Positions 40,320-50,755 of a stretch of 64,000 nt of DNA are shown here, in pieces. Position 1 is the stretch's first letter, and the number at the start of each line of letters is the position of its first letter. The notes beneath the pieces were generated by a model that saw nothing but the letters and a program-made list of their open reading frames with translations, was not told the DNA's origin and ran no database searches. The translations under genes and the position numbers were made by a program. Origin of the DNA: Halodesulfurarchaeum sp. (GTDB taxonomy: Archaea > Halobacteriota > Halobacteria > Halobacteriales > Halobacteriaceae); assembly GCA_034520565.1 (NCBI GenBank), contig JAXHNL010000002.1, positions 1,568,001-1,632,000 of the forward strand, given 5' to 3'.

Positions 40320-41348
40320 TCACTCGATCGACGTGAACTCCGAGGGCTCGTTTAGCGCGAGATTCGACGCGATTTCCACGATGCGAACGGCGTGTTCGGC
40401 CGTTTGCTGGAGCGCTACGAGCACTTCCCGTACCTGGAGAAGCCGCTTCTGGGAGAGTTCGGGCAGATCTTTCATGAGGTCGAGTTCCCGTTCGGAGAGG
40501 TCCATGAACATCGCCTGTGCCCGTCTGGCCGTTTCGAAATCCCGCTCGACGACGGACTCGACGGCGAGTTCCGTAAGTTCGTCGACCCGCTCGTTGTGGT
40601 CGCCGATCCGCCGGACGGTTTGGTCGTCCAGACCGAGTCGGTTACCATCGGCATCGAGCACGATCTCGGCCATGTTCTCCGCGTTGTCCGCGATCAGCTC
40701 CAGGTTCTTCGCCACGGATCGATACGCGATAAGGGGAAACGCATCGGAAAGCCCCATTTTCCGCGCGATCGACGGATTTCGATAGGAGGTAAATATGAGC
40801 CGAAGCAGAAGCACGAAGATCTTGTTCGCCTGACGCTCGCGGTTGAGGGCTCGTTCGGCCAGGTCGGGATTACTCCGGGCCAACGCTTTGATTGCCTCGT
40901 GTCGCATCGTTCGCCCAGTATTTTCCAGGCGAGTCAACAGGTTGGTCAGGTCGAAATCCTCCGGGTCCACAGAGCACCTGATCGTGATCCGCTCCGGTGT
41001 CTCCTCGATCACGCCCAGTCCCATCAATTGCGATTCGGCGTCGTACACTGCATTGATGTGCGGGCCTTCGAGTGTCTCTTCGGCCGTAACGTGAATGACC
41101 CGACGCCCGAGCACGTACTGTCCGATGATCGCTCGTTCGACGGCGTCGGCATCGAATTCACCGACCGTAATCGTCGCCTCCGTTTCCTCACCTCGAGCCG
41201 ATTCCGGCGTGACGGTCAACGTCCCTTCAGCAGTAGTTCTGACGGCGACTTCATCTCCCTTCTCCACACCGTTATCTCGCGCCCAGGCCGCCGGGAGCGT
41301 CATTGCAAGCGTCGAGGGCCCGAGCCGCTGGACCTTCCTCGTATCCAT
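40320..41348 (-). CDS. AbrB-PhoU family phosphate uptake regulator
   Basis: RKVQRLGPSTLAMTLP AbrB N-terminus; PhoU repeats (KNLELIADNAENMAE). Confidence 0.88.
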   Translation of the reverse strand: MDTRKVQRLGPSTLAMTLPAAWARDNGVEKGDEVAVRTTAEGTLTVTPESARGEETEATITVGEFDADAVERAIIGQYVLGRRVIHVTAEETLEGPHINAVYDAESQLMGLGVIEETPERITIRCSVDPEDFDLTNLLTRLENTGRTMRHEAIKALARSNPDLAERALNRERQANKIFVLLLRLIFTSYRNPSIARKMGLSDAFPLIAYRSVAKNLELIADNAENMAEIVLDADGNRLGLDDQTVRRIGDHNERVDELTELAVESVVERDFETARRAQAMFMDLSERELDLMKDLPELSQKRLLQVREVLVALQQTAEHAVRIVEIASNLALNEPSEFTSIE

Positions 41349-41404
41349 ATATCCCCCACAATATCTAATGAACCTTATATCTGCCCCGATAGTCGGCGGG
41401 TCGC

Positions 41405-42472
41405 CTAAACGATCTTTACCATTCGTTGCTCGACTCGCCCGATACGGACCCTGATCCATCCTCGAAGTGTCTCGTCGAGATCCGGATCGCCCGTGTCCAC
41501 CCGAAGTGCATCCGTCGCATCGAGTTTCTCCGGGGAGGCGACGACTGTGAGTTTGGAATCCTCGATGATAGCGGGGGAAATCTGGTCGTTTCCACGGCCA
41601 AATATGAACCCCTGGCCCCCGATGGGCGAAACGATAATTTCGTTCCGTTTCCCCATCGCCTCGAGGATGTCGGCCTCGGAACCGTCTTTGACGAGCAACT
41701 TGCCGTCTCTGATGACGTCCACCCCGAGTGGAGAACCGTCGATGCCGAACGCCGATTTGATCGTTGCGAGGGTCCCACCGGGACCGAGGATATAGGTCGT
41801 CTCGGGATCGGCCGCTTCAACGATTCCTTTCGCAACTCCCTCGACGTCTCCGCCGAGAATTTGTTTCGAAGACTGGAGATTTTCAGCCACGGGGACCGCT
41901 GCTAACCCTTTCAGTTCGGCTCGAACCTCACCCTCCCGATACGCCGCTTCGTCTATGTCGTTGATCTCGCGGGTCGCCGTCTGCTCGAACGACGCCGCGA
42001 TCTGGCCAGCGGCTTCCGGTGAAACGGCGAAGACCGAGGAATACACTTTCACGCCGGCAGGAGCGCCAAGAAGGGGTGTTTCCGTCCCTGCCTGCTCGAT
42101 GGTTTCGTACACGTCGACGGCGGTTCCGTCACCGCCCACGAACACGACGAGATCGACGTCGCATTCGAGAAACGCCGATACGGCAGCGCTGGTATCATTT
42201 ACGCTCGTCTCTTCACCGGACGGCTCGCCAAGAACCTCGACTGATAGCCCCACGGCTTTGGCCTCGTTCGCACCCATTTCGCCACCCCAGGTGAGTACGT
42301 CGACCGAATCCGTGTAATCCGTGAGGACCTCGAGTACGGCTTCGCCGCGTTTCGGGGCGCGCTGTTCTGCCCCCCGGGTCCGTGCTTCCTCGACTTTTCC
42401 GTCGGTGCCTTTGAGTCCAACTCGCCCTCCCATGCCGGCAATAGGATTAACGACGAATCCGATCGTTCGCAT
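41405..42472 (-). CDS. ATP-NAD kinase family protein
   Basis: NPIAGMGGRVGLKGTDG, GGDGTA, GVKVYS, GRGN. Confidence 0.88.
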   Translation of the reverse strand: MRTIGFVVNPIAGMGGRVGLKGTDGKVEEARTRGAEQRAPKRGEAVLEVLTDYTDSVDVLTWGGEMGANEAKAVGLSVEVLGEPSGEETSVNDTSAAVSAFLECDVDLVVFVGGDGTAVDVYETIEQAGTETPLLGAPAGVKVYSSVFAVSPEAAGQIAASFEQTATREINDIDEAAYREGEVRAELKGLAAVPVAENLQSSKQILGGDVEGVAKGIVEAADPETTYILGPGGTLATIKSAFGIDGSPLGVDVIRDGKLLVKDGSEADILEAMGKRNEIIVSPIGGQGFIFGRGNDQISPAIIEDSKLTVVASPEKLDATDALRVDTGDPDLDETLRGWIRVRIGRVEQRMVKIV

Positions 42473-42530
42473 GCTTCGATATCGGGTTTGCCCCGTGAAA
42501 ATATCGCCGGTTGCAGCGGTCGAGATCGGT

Positions 42531-43208
42531 TCAGAGACGAGCCTCGAGCCAAGCCGTTGCAGCGTCTACCTCCTCGCCATCGAGGCCCTGGATTCGGATC
42601 GTGACCATTTCACCAGGGTAGCTGCCGATTCGGACGTCGAATCGTTCGTTCGCCGCTTTTAGGTCCGAAACGAGTTCTCGTTCCGGTCGGTCCGCGGTGA
42701 GCACCCGAGTCGTGGACGCTGGGCCGTCGAATGCGGGGGCGATGAGTTCGAACATCTCTCGCATCTCAGCTGGGACACCGGGGAGTACGTAGACGTTTTC
42801 GATGTGGGCTCCCGGTGCGACCCCGGCAGGGTTGGGGAGGAATTCGGCCCGATCTGGGAGGTGAGTCGTACCGGGAACGAGGTCGTCCAGCTCGTATTCA
42901 GTTTCGTTCTGGATCCACTCGGCGGCGTCGGGGCTTTCACGCATCGAGCAGTCGAATGCTGTAGCAACTGCCTCCATCGTCACGTCGTCGTGTGTTGGCC
43001 CGAGACCACCCGTGACGATCACGGCGTCGTACCGTTCCCCGAGATCCTCGAGTGTCGAGACAATCGCTGCCTCCTCGTCCGGGACCACGACGATTCGCCG
43101 GAGGGTTGCCCCCCGGTCGGAAAGTCGACGTGCAAGCCACGAGGCGTTGGTGTTCTCCGTCTCGCCGGAGAGGAGCTCGTCGCCAACTGTCAAAAGGCCC
43201 ACGTCCAT
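42531..43208 (-). CDS. CinA N-terminal / molybdopterin-binding domain protein
   Basis: VGDELLSG, NTNA, TGGLGPTHDDVT, LPGVPAEM. Confidence 0.9.
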   Translation of the reverse strand: MDVGLLTVGDELLSGETENTNASWLARRLSDRGATLRRIVVVPDEEAAIVSTLEDLGERYDAVIVTGGLGPTHDDVTMEAVATAFDCSMRESPDAAEWIQNETEYELDDLVPGTTHLPDRAEFLPNPAGVAPGAHIENVYVLPGVPAEMREMFELIAPAFDGPASTTRVLTADRPERELVSDLKAANERFDVRIGSYPGEMVTIRIQGLDGEEVDAATAWLEARL

Positions 43209-43252
43209 GAGCGGGAGTTAGTGCGGGCTGCTATTAATGTCGCCGTGTCCGA

Positions 43253-43966
43253 TCAGGGGTCGTCGATATCGTCCGGTCCGACGGCTCCTCGTCTGGCCGC
43301 GAGCGTCCGAAGTTGCGCCCGGAAATACAACAAACCGGCCCCAGCGATCAAGCCTGCCACACCCAGCAATCCGCCGAATATGTAGAGGTTCCGCTCCTGG
43401 TAGTAATCCACCGACAGAACATCCGTCTCGGGATTTTGCCACCGGAGGGTTATTCGATCCTCTGTTCGTTCGAGATCGTAACCCCCAGGTCTCGCCCCGC
43501 CGATTATCGGGGCACTCACCGCTGTACCGGGTGGCAAGCGGACGGCGTAACTCCCGTTGATCGTGACCGGTAAGAACAGTTCGTTCGACAGCACTCCAGC
43601 CGTATATGCGAGTTGGCCACCACTCCGGGGAACCTCCACGACGGTCCGTTCGCCAACCTCGGAGACGGAAAGCGCCGACGCGTTGACCACGGTCCCGTTC
43701 GGATATCGGTATTTGACGGCCCGGATCGGAAGCGCCGTTTCCCCACCGAATTCACCAGGTCCGAACAGGCTGACGTTGGTCCGATCATTCATCGCGAGAA
43801 CGGCCTGATAACTCCCGCCGTCCACTGACACACTCACGTCAGCGCTGGTGTTCCACTCGTAATTCGCCGGCTCCGCCAGTGCCTGCTCGTCTACGGCGCC
43901 GCCGCCCAGACACCCGGCCATAGTTAACAGGCCTGCGACGGCGAGAACGGCGAGCGTCCGCCTCAT
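43253..43966 (-). CDS. Haloarchaeal membrane lipoprotein (DUF5803-like)
   Basis: MAGC lipobox, C-terminal TM; in the tfe operon. Confidence 0.7.
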   Translation of the reverse strand: MRRTLAVLAVAGLLTMAGCLGGGAVDEQALAEPANYEWNTSADVSVSVDGGSYQAVLAMNDRTNVSLFGPGEFGGETALPIRAVKYRYPNGTVVNASALSVSEVGERTVVEVPRSGGQLAYTAGVLSNELFLPVTINGSYAVRLPPGTAVSAPIIGGARPGGYDLERTEDRITLRWQNPETDVLSVDYYQERNLYIFGGLLGVAGLIAGAGLLYFRAQLRTLAARRGAVGPDDIDDP

Positions 43967-44631
43967 GGAACGACTGCGAGGAGTTCCGAATCGAGATACG
44001 AGCCGATGCTCGCGAGGAGCCCGGGAGGGTCTGTTCCCGGTTTGCAGACGATACTCTGTTCGAGTAGTCCCAGCCGCTCGACCGTGACGATGTCGTTTGC
44101 GTGGCCAGCTCGGTTGACGGTTGCCCGTACTTCGGCCCGCGTCGCGCTATTGACGTTGACTCGGCCGGTCTCCTCCCGCATCCACCCGTGTAGACGGTCT
44201 CGCGTCGCGTCGGCCAGTCGAGGCGGGTCGCCGGCCACGAATTCGAGTGGGAGATGCTGGACCAATCCGAACCGGGTTCGCATCTGGGATGGAGTGCCGC
44301 CACCGAGACCCAACTCCGCGGTCGGAATCGAGACTTCGTGGCCTGCATCGAGGGTAATACCGACCTCGTCCCAGGATTCAAGTGTCCCTGTCGCGACGGT
44401 CCCCGGTTCCGGATCGGCGATAACCTCCCCCCATTCGTCCCGGAGGACGTTCCGGGCAACTGTTTCGTCCGGACCGTCGACCGTGACAGTTGGAAAATCG
44501 TCGTGGCGGATGCCGACGTCCACGGAAACGTCGAGGTCACCGAGTGCGTTTTCGACCAGTGAGCGGAGGGAATCGAGAGCCCGATCCCGGGCCGTTCCGT
44601 GAACGTAGATCTTGCTTGCGAGAACGACCAT
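43963..44631 (-). CDS. DUF2110 family protein
   Basis: GHANDIVTVERLGLLEQSIVCK, PGLLASIG; downstream of tfe. Confidence 0.75.
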   Translation of the reverse strand: MVVLASKIYVHGTARDRALDSLRSLVENALGDLDVSVDVGIRHDDFPTVTVDGPDETVARNVLRDEWGEVIADPEPGTVATGTLESWDEVGITLDAGHEVSIPTAELGLGGGTPSQMRTRFGLVQHLPLEFVAGDPPRLADATRDRLHGWMREETGRVNVNSATRAEVRATVNRAGHANDIVTVERLGLLEQSIVCKPGTDPPGLLASIGSYLDSELLAVVP

Positions 44632-45149
44632 TATGCCACGATTCCGAGATCGGCTCTGAGTTCATCGATGCGTTCGTCGATGGCACCGATCAGTTCGTCG
44701 TTCCCCATCGCTTCGAGATCGCCACCGCAATCGGGACATTGGAACCCGAGATCCATGGCCTCGCCGAATTCGAATCGGATCGAGCACGTCGGACAGAGGT
44801 AAAATTCGTTTTCCCGCTCGTACTCCCGGCGAAGTTCGAGTGCCTCGAGCAATCGTTCCATCTCCTCGTGGAGGTTGCCCGGAATGTGTTCGTACTCGAA
44901 CGTCCAGAGATAGGTGAGCCACCCCGAATCCTCGTCGCGGACCCGGCGATAGGATGCGAGGTCGTTCTCATAGAGGATAAAGAGCGCACGCCGGACGTCG
45001 TTGAGTTCGAGTCCAAGTCGTTCCGCGAGTTCCTCGTCTGTCACCTCGCCGTCGGGCGGCGCCGCGGCGACGGGCATGCCCTTCGGCCCCACCAACTCGT
45101 TGAGGTACTTCTGAATGACGGGGTCCTCGAGTAACTCCTCAAAAGCCAT
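44631..45149 (-). CDS. tfe: Transcription factor E alpha
   Basis: TDEELAE, VRRALFILYE, SGWLTYLW; CPTC/CPDC Zn ribbon. Confidence 0.95.
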   Translation of the reverse strand: MAFEELLEDPVIQKYLNELVGPKGMPVAAAPPDGEVTDEELAERLGLELNDVRRALFILYENDLASYRRVRDEDSGWLTYLWTFEYEHIPGNLHEEMERLLEALELRREYERENEFYLCPTCSIRFEFGEAMDLGFQCPDCGGDLEAMGNDELIGAIDERIDELRADLGIVA

Positions 45150-45212
45150 TATGTATGGATGGGACCGCCACGGTAGGTAAGTCTTTTGAGCGAGTCGGGT
45201 TGGTCTGCCAGG

Positions 45213-45818
45213 TCATTCGGTTGATTCGGGGGTGGAGTCCGATGGGTCGTCCGCCAACCCAGTCGCTGCACGATCAGGATCGCCTTCGGTTTCGATTACT
45301 TCTTTTCCGAGTGTTTTGGGAACGACTCGCCGCTCGGCATCTTCGAACGTTCGATCGAGTTCTCGCCCCTCGAAAAATCGGTCCAAAAAGACGGCAAGAG
45401 CCGCTACCTCGGAGTGGGGTTGGTTCGTCACGCCAACGTTCCAATCGGCGGCTTCGTACACGTCGAAGGAGACTTTTTCCGAACCGACGACGACGAGCAA
45501 TTCATCGTCCCCGGGTGTGCCCCGGACTCGCGGTAGTACCTCCTGTACCGGCTCCCCGTACATCGTGAGATGAACGATCGGTCCCACCCACGAACGAATG
45601 TCCCCCACTGGCGAATCAGTCGAGTCAACTTCGAACGGACCACCGAACCGCTCGGTGACGTCTCTCGTTGTTTCGAACGCGTCCGTCGCGTTATCGGTGA
45701 ATACAACTCGGTCTGCCCCCAGCGCCCGTGCCGTGAGGCCGACGTGTGTCGTCATTCGGTCGTCTCGCCCCGGTCGGTGGCCGAGACGGAGGACCGTCAC
45801 CGATCGGTCGTCCTGCAT
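45213..45818 (-). CDS. trm56: tRNA (cytidine(56)-2'-O)-methyltransferase
   Basis: LRLGHRPGRDDRMTTHVGLTARALGA, HLTMYG, NQPHSEVAAL. Confidence 0.95.
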   Translation of the reverse strand: MQDDRSVTVLRLGHRPGRDDRMTTHVGLTARALGADRVVFTDNATDAFETTRDVTERFGGPFEVDSTDSPVGDIRSWVGPIVHLTMYGEPVQEVLPRVRGTPGDDELLVVVGSEKVSFDVYEAADWNVGVTNQPHSEVAALAVFLDRFFEGRELDRTFEDAERRVVPKTLGKEVIETEGDPDRAATGLADDPSDSTPESTE

Positions 45819-45927
45819 ACCGGTGCGTTGGGGAAAGCAGGGGGAATATGTTGTGATTACACCGCAATCAGGCCGCGCAGTTGGTATAAACCGGAACACC
45901 CATGACTTTTGCTCGTTATCCGCGGAT

Positions 45928-46872
45928 ATGGAAGTTTCCGGAGCCAAAGCCGTCGTAACCGGTGGAGCCGGGTTCGTCGGCTCACATCTCACTGAGCGAT
46001 TGCTTGCTGAGGGGGCGACGGTCACGGTGGTAGACGACCTCTCGAACGGTCGGCGGAAGTGGGTTCCAGAAGCGGCCACCTTTCTAGAGGGAGATCTGAC
46101 CGAGGAATCCACGGTCGAAACAGCCATCGACGAGTCGGTCGACGTCGTCTTTCACCTCGCTGCCCGGAAGGCCGTCAACGATCCGAATCCCCGCTCCCAG
46201 TTCGAGGAGAATACCGGAATGACTCACTCGATCCTGGAACGCATGGCCGAAGTGGATGTGGATCACATCGCGTTCACGTCATCTTCGACCGTCTACGGTG
46301 AGGCCCCGCGCCCGACTCCCGAGGACTACCCACAGACGCCCATTAGCACGTACGGGGCGGCAAAAACCGCGGAAGAGGCACTCGTTTCGACGTCCGTTCA
46401 CGCGACGGATCTTACCGCCTCGGTGTTTCGGTTCGCCAACATCGTCGGCCCCCGGTTGCAAGCAGGGGCAGTCATCGTCGACTTCATCGAGAAACTTCGC
46501 ACGAATCCCCACGAACTCGAGATCAAGGGGGACGGTCGACAGGAAAAATCCTACATGACGGTGGAATCCTGTATCGACGCGATGGTTCACGTCGTTCGAA
46601 ACGCCGAGGGGCCGCGAGCTGTCTTCAACCTCGGGACCCGAACGACGACCTCCGTGACGGAAATCGCGGATATCGTCAGCGACGCGATGGAACTCGATCC
46701 GAATTACCAGTTCACCGGTGGTAATCGGGGCTGGACCGGCGACGTGCCGAAAATGCGGCTCTCGATCGAGAAACTTCGAGCGATCGGGTGGGAACCGAAC
46801 GAATCGAGTGACGAAGCGGTCCGGATGGCGACCGAGCAGTTAGTGGCCGAGCGAACTGACGGTCCCGATTAG
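45928..46872 (+). CDS. NAD-dependent epimerase/dehydratase (GalE-like)
   Basis: TGGAGFVGS, SSSTVYGE, YGAAK. Confidence 0.92.
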   Translation: MEVSGAKAVVTGGAGFVGSHLTERLLAEGATVTVVDDLSNGRRKWVPEAATFLEGDLTEESTVETAIDESVDVVFHLAARKAVNDPNPRSQFEENTGMTHSILERMAEVDVDHIAFTSSSTVYGEAPRPTPEDYPQTPISTYGAAKTAEEALVSTSVHATDLTASVFRFANIVGPRLQAGAVIVDFIEKLRTNPHELEIKGDGRQEKSYMTVESCIDAMVHVVRNAEGPRAVFNLGTRTTTSVTEIADIVSDAMELDPNYQFTGGNRGWTGDVPKMRLSIEKLRAIGWEPNESSDEAVRMATEQLVAERTDGPD

Positions 46873-47153
46873 TCAGCCAATTCGACGTACTGGGACTCCC
46901 ACTCCCGCCGTTCGGAAAGCAGGTCAGCTCCCGACTCGGTCAGTCGATAGGCGTTCGTTCGCTCGTCCTGTTTGGTCTTTTCCACGAGAGCGCGTTCGAC
47001 CAGCGTGTCGAGGTTCGGATAGAGGCGACCGTGGTTGATCGTCGATTCGTAGTACTCCTCCATTTCCGACTTGATCTCGAGGCCGTTCGGTTCCTCGAGG
47101 CCAGCGATGACTGTGAGCAGGTCCCGTTGGAAGCCGGTTAAATCGTCCATCAT
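46869..47153 (-). CDS. PadR-family wHTH regulator
   Basis: LTGFQRDLL, INHGRLYPNLDTLV. Confidence 0.9.
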   Translation of the reverse strand: MMDDLTGFQRDLLTVIAGLEEPNGLEIKSEMEEYYESTINHGRLYPNLDTLVERALVEKTKQDERTNAYRLTESGADLLSERREWESQYVELAD

Positions 47154-47238
47154 CCTTTCGTACAAATATGTCGCTCTTACTATTAAAATCGTTGCCCGTA
47201 CTCAGGGCCTGCTGGTTTTTTTTTTTCAATCGACCTGG

Positions 47239-47790
47239 CTACAGCAGCGTCGCTTCGATGAAAAACGTTTCCGGGCGTTCCCTGGCTCGCGTGACGTCGA
47301 ATCCGACCGCTTCGAGCTCCGCTGTGGCACCGCTCGCGCTTTTTCGTTCAGCCAGCGGTGGCCCACGTTGGCCGGCACCGTGTTTGGACCAGTCTGCGAC
47401 GACGAGTCGTCCCCCGGACCGAACCACTCTGGCGAACTCCGCTGGCGCGGATTCCTCGACCTCGTGATAAGTCATCGTCGTGAACAGCCCGTCGAGTGTG
47501 CTCGTTTCGAACGGGAGTGACCTCGCCGGTGCGAGAACCAACTCGACGTTCGACGGGATTTTCCGCTCGGCGAAGTGCTCGTGCATCTCGTCCTGGACGT
47601 CGACTGCGTGGAGACGCTCGACGAACGGGGCCACCTCGCGGGTGTAAAAACCCGTCCCGCTCCCGATATCGGCAACTATGCCACCTTTTGCTTCCCCGAG
47701 TGCGGAGACTAATTCGTCCCGTGAGAGGTACCGAAACCGGTCCTCGCCTTCGAGTGCGTGGGCACTCTCGGGATCGAACGTGTGTGGCAT
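47239..47790 (-). CDS. Class I SAM-dependent methyltransferase
   Basis: VADIGSGTGFY, AVDVQ, TYHE. Confidence 0.88.
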   Translation of the reverse strand: MPHTFDPESAHALEGEDRFRYLSRDELVSALGEAKGGIVADIGSGTGFYTREVAPFVERLHAVDVQDEMHEHFAERKIPSNVELVLAPARSLPFETSTLDGLFTTMTYHEVEESAPAEFARVVRSGGRLVVADWSKHGAGQRGPPLAERKSASGATAELEAVGFDVTRARERPETFFIEATLL

Positions 47791-47912
47791 CGTTATCGGT
47801 CCCTCCGATTCCGATCCCGTGGAAGAATCCCGCGGTGGTTTCGGGGTCGCAACATGGATCCTACTCCCCCATTCGAGGCCTTGAGAGTTGGGGTTCGGGT
47901 GAGCGAGGTCAG

Positions 47913-48803
47913 TCAGTCCCGTGACTCGTCCCATTCGCCGATTCCGCCCGGGTCGAGGTGGATGTGGACGTCTCCGACGCCTGGCCGGGAAAGCAGTAGA
48001 TTTCGGAGTTCCGTTTCGAGATCGTGGGCGGCACGGAGCGTCAGGTCCCCCGAGACTTCCGCGTGAAGTTCGACCTCGACCTGCGTTCCGACGTAGTGAC
48101 AGCGCAGGTCGTGTACCCCGTGGACGTCAGCATGATCCGTCACCGTCCGTTCGATCGCGTCGACCTCCTCGGACGGTGGCGCACTTCCGGTGAGATAGCG
48201 GATGTTTTCCCGGGCAATACGGTACCCCTGATGCATGACGAGAATGCTGACGAGACCACCGGCAAGTGGATCCACGATCGGCATCCCCACGCCAGCGCCG
48301 AAAACGCCCAGGACCGCCGCAAATGACGTATATACGTCGTTCAGGGCGTCCGTGGCGAGTGCTTTGAGACCCGGCGAATCGAGTTTCCGGTTCGTTCGAT
48401 CGGTGTACCAGTAAACGAGTAGCATGTCGGCGATCGCAAACGCGAGGCCGGCCACGAGAAGGATACTGAACTGGATCTCGGGCCCTTCACGGATCGCCGT
48501 GACGGCGTCGAGGAAGATCTTCACGGCCAGTCCGATCAGCGTGACGCCAACGAACAGCGCCGTGAGTGGCTCGACCCGCTCGTGGCCGTGGGGGTGATTC
48601 GAATCGGGGCCCCGATAGGAGAGCCGTCCCCAGACCAGAACAACTAGACTGGCCAACAGATCCGCGAGCGAGTGAGCCGCGTCAGCCACGAGAGCCAGGC
48701 TCCCAAACGTCAGACCGAGTGTTCCTTCGACGACGATTTTCGCCACGTTCCCGACGACGTTGACCCACGAGGCCCGGAGAAACGCGGTTTTCTCCTCCGC
48801 CAT
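47913..48803 (-). CDS. Cation diffusion facilitator (FieF-like)
   Basis: ADAAHSLAD, HPHGHERVE, VHIHLDP. Confidence 0.92.
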   Translation of the reverse strand: MAEEKTAFLRASWVNVVGNVAKIVVEGTLGLTFGSLALVADAAHSLADLLASLVVLVWGRLSYRGPDSNHPHGHERVEPLTALFVGVTLIGLAVKIFLDAVTAIREGPEIQFSILLVAGLAFAIADMLLVYWYTDRTNRKLDSPGLKALATDALNDVYTSFAAVLGVFGAGVGMPIVDPLAGGLVSILVMHQGYRIARENIRYLTGSAPPSEEVDAIERTVTDHADVHGVHDLRCHYVGTQVEVELHAEVSGDLTLRAAHDLETELRNLLLSRPGVGDVHIHLDPGGIGEWDESRD

Positions 48804-48839
48804 TGGAACCGTGTACGCGAGCCCACGTCATGACGGTTT

Positions 48840-48893
48840 TGCACTGCCTCCGACCGGTCCCGGGCCTGCACTGCCTCCGATCGGTCTCGGGCC
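48840..48893. repeat. 27-bp tandem direct repeat between divergent genes
   Basis: TGCACTGCCTCCGACCGGTCCCGGGCC / TGCACTGCCTCCGATCGGTCTCGGGCC. Confidence 0.85.
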
Positions 48894-48941
48894 GTTCCAG
48901 GAACCGACACCTTGACCGGGTTTCACCCCAAATCCGATAGT

Positions 48942-49391
48942 ATGACGGATCGAATCGCTCACGACCACCCCACCGTGGATACGTTCGACGCCAAAATCGG
49001 TCGACACGGCGGAACGACCCGTCCTGAGGTGGTGATCGAGGAATCCCTCGCGGTCGAACATGGGACACTCGTGCGGTTGGTCCTCGACGGAACCGAATAC
49101 CGAGCTCCGGTCGAGGTGTCCGAAGCGGGATCGGCCGTCTTGAGGCATGCAGCAGCCGCTCCGTCGGGTGCTCGCAATCCCGGCAGTGTTGTAAACGCGC
49201 TGGCCGAATGGCTCGCTGCACAGAACCTCGAAATCGGTCACTCCCTCCACCTAGACGTGGTCGAACCCGGATTCCGCTATGGATTGCGAGCACCAGGCGA
49301 CCAAGCCATTTACGACGCTGGCCGACCTGACGAGTCGTTGGCCGGGATCGCTCGTTCTCTGGATTCGACTGATGACGACGCTACTACGTGA
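48942..49391 (+). CDS. Conserved haloarchaeal hypothetical protein
   Basis: Acidic ORF; VRLVLDG, LDVVEPGFRYGLRAPG. Confidence 0.7.
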   Translation: MTDRIAHDHPTVDTFDAKIGRHGGTTRPEVVIEESLAVEHGTLVRLVLDGTEYRAPVEVSEAGSAVLRHAAAAPSGARNPGSVVNALAEWLAAQNLEIGHSLHLDVVEPGFRYGLRAPGDQAIYDAGRPDESLAGIARSLDSTDDDATT

Positions 49392-49689
49392 GCTGTGAGA
49401 CATCGACGATCGGGAGGGTTATGACACTTCCAAAACAACAGAACCCCGAGACTGCATACCGTTTTCACCGATTGATTTACAAAGGGTATGCTGAGGTTTG
49501 GTAAACCCACGCACAATTTTTTAGGACGCCCAAAAGCGGCAGTATATGCAGGTTTAAGACCGTCTCGAACCCATATGTCGTGTACGATCATGATCGTTTT
49601 TTGCGAAACATTTAAGTGACTTTCGGTGCTATCCGTTTGTAAGGAACCCAGGGGAGTCTGGGTACACCGTTCTCCCCGTTCCCTCCACC

Positions 49690-50682
49690 ATGAGTGATGC
49701 CACAATTCGAACGTATAGCGGTGAGCGCCAGCGGACGAAGCGAGACGAATCCGTAGAGGAACCGGAAACCGAACAAGAAACTGTCGACGAAGACGTCTGT
49801 CCCGAGTGCGGCGGTCGCCTCGACACCGACGAGGAGCGCGGAGAAACAGTCTGCTCGGAATGTGGTCTGGTCGTCGAAGAGGACGAAATCGACCGCGGGC
49901 CCGAGTGGCGGGCCTTCGACTCCGCCGAGAAGGACGAGAAGTCCCGCGTGGGCGCCCCCACGACGAATATGATGCACGACAAGGGGCTCTCGACGAACAT
50001 CGGCTGGCAGGACAAGGACGCCTACGGACGGGCCCTGTCCTCGCGGCAGCGCCAGAAGATGCAGCGGTTGCGGACCTGGAACGAGCGATTCCGCACCCGG
50101 AATTCGAAAGAACGGAACCTCAAACAGGCCCTCGGCGAAATCGAGCGGATGAGTTCGGCACTCGGTCTTCCCCAGGAGGTCCGCGAGACCGCCTCGGTGA
50201 TCTACCGCCGGGCTCTCGAAGAGGATCTCCTTCCAGGCCGATCTATCGAGGGTGTCGCAACGGCCGCACTCTACGCGGCGGCCCGACAGATGACCACGCC
50301 ACGAAGTCTCGACGAAATGGCCGCCGTCAGCCGGATCGACGAGATGGAGTTCAAACGGACCTACCGATACATCGTCCGTGAACTGAGTCTCGAAGTCCAG
50401 CCGGCAGACCCGGCCAGCTACGTGCCCCGATTCGCGTCGGAACTCGACCTCGCAGAGGAGGTCGAACGACGGGCACGCCAGCTCCTCTCGACGGCCCAGG
50501 AAAAGGGCGTAACCAGCGGCAAGAGCCCGGTTGGACTCGCAGCCGCTGCGATCTATGCCGCGTCGCTCCTGACGAACCGACGAGTCACCCAGAGTGAAGT
50601 GAGTGACGTAACGAACGTCTCGGAAGTCACCATCCGAAACCGGTACCAGGAGCTTCTCGAGGCGGCGGACGTCCCGGCGTAA
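49690..50682 (+). CDS. tfb: Transcription initiation factor IIB
   Basis: CPEC/CSEC ribbon, IDRGPEWRAF, GRSIE, GKSP, SEVTIRNRY. Confidence 0.97.
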   Translation: MSDATIRTYSGERQRTKRDESVEEPETEQETVDEDVCPECGGRLDTDEERGETVCSECGLVVEEDEIDRGPEWRAFDSAEKDEKSRVGAPTTNMMHDKGLSTNIGWQDKDAYGRALSSRQRQKMQRLRTWNERFRTRNSKERNLKQALGEIERMSSALGLPQEVRETASVIYRRALEEDLLPGRSIEGVATAALYAAARQMTTPRSLDEMAAVSRIDEMEFKRTYRYIVRELSLEVQPADPASYVPRFASELDLAEEVERRARQLLSTAQEKGVTSGKSPVGLAAAAIYAASLLTNRRVTQSEVSDVTNVSEVTIRNRYQELLEAADVPA

Positions 50683-50755
50683 CTCTCGGGAAACGATCGG
50701 CTATCTCCGTTTTCTTCGGTTTCGGTCTTCGATCCCCGAGCGATGGCGCCGACGA

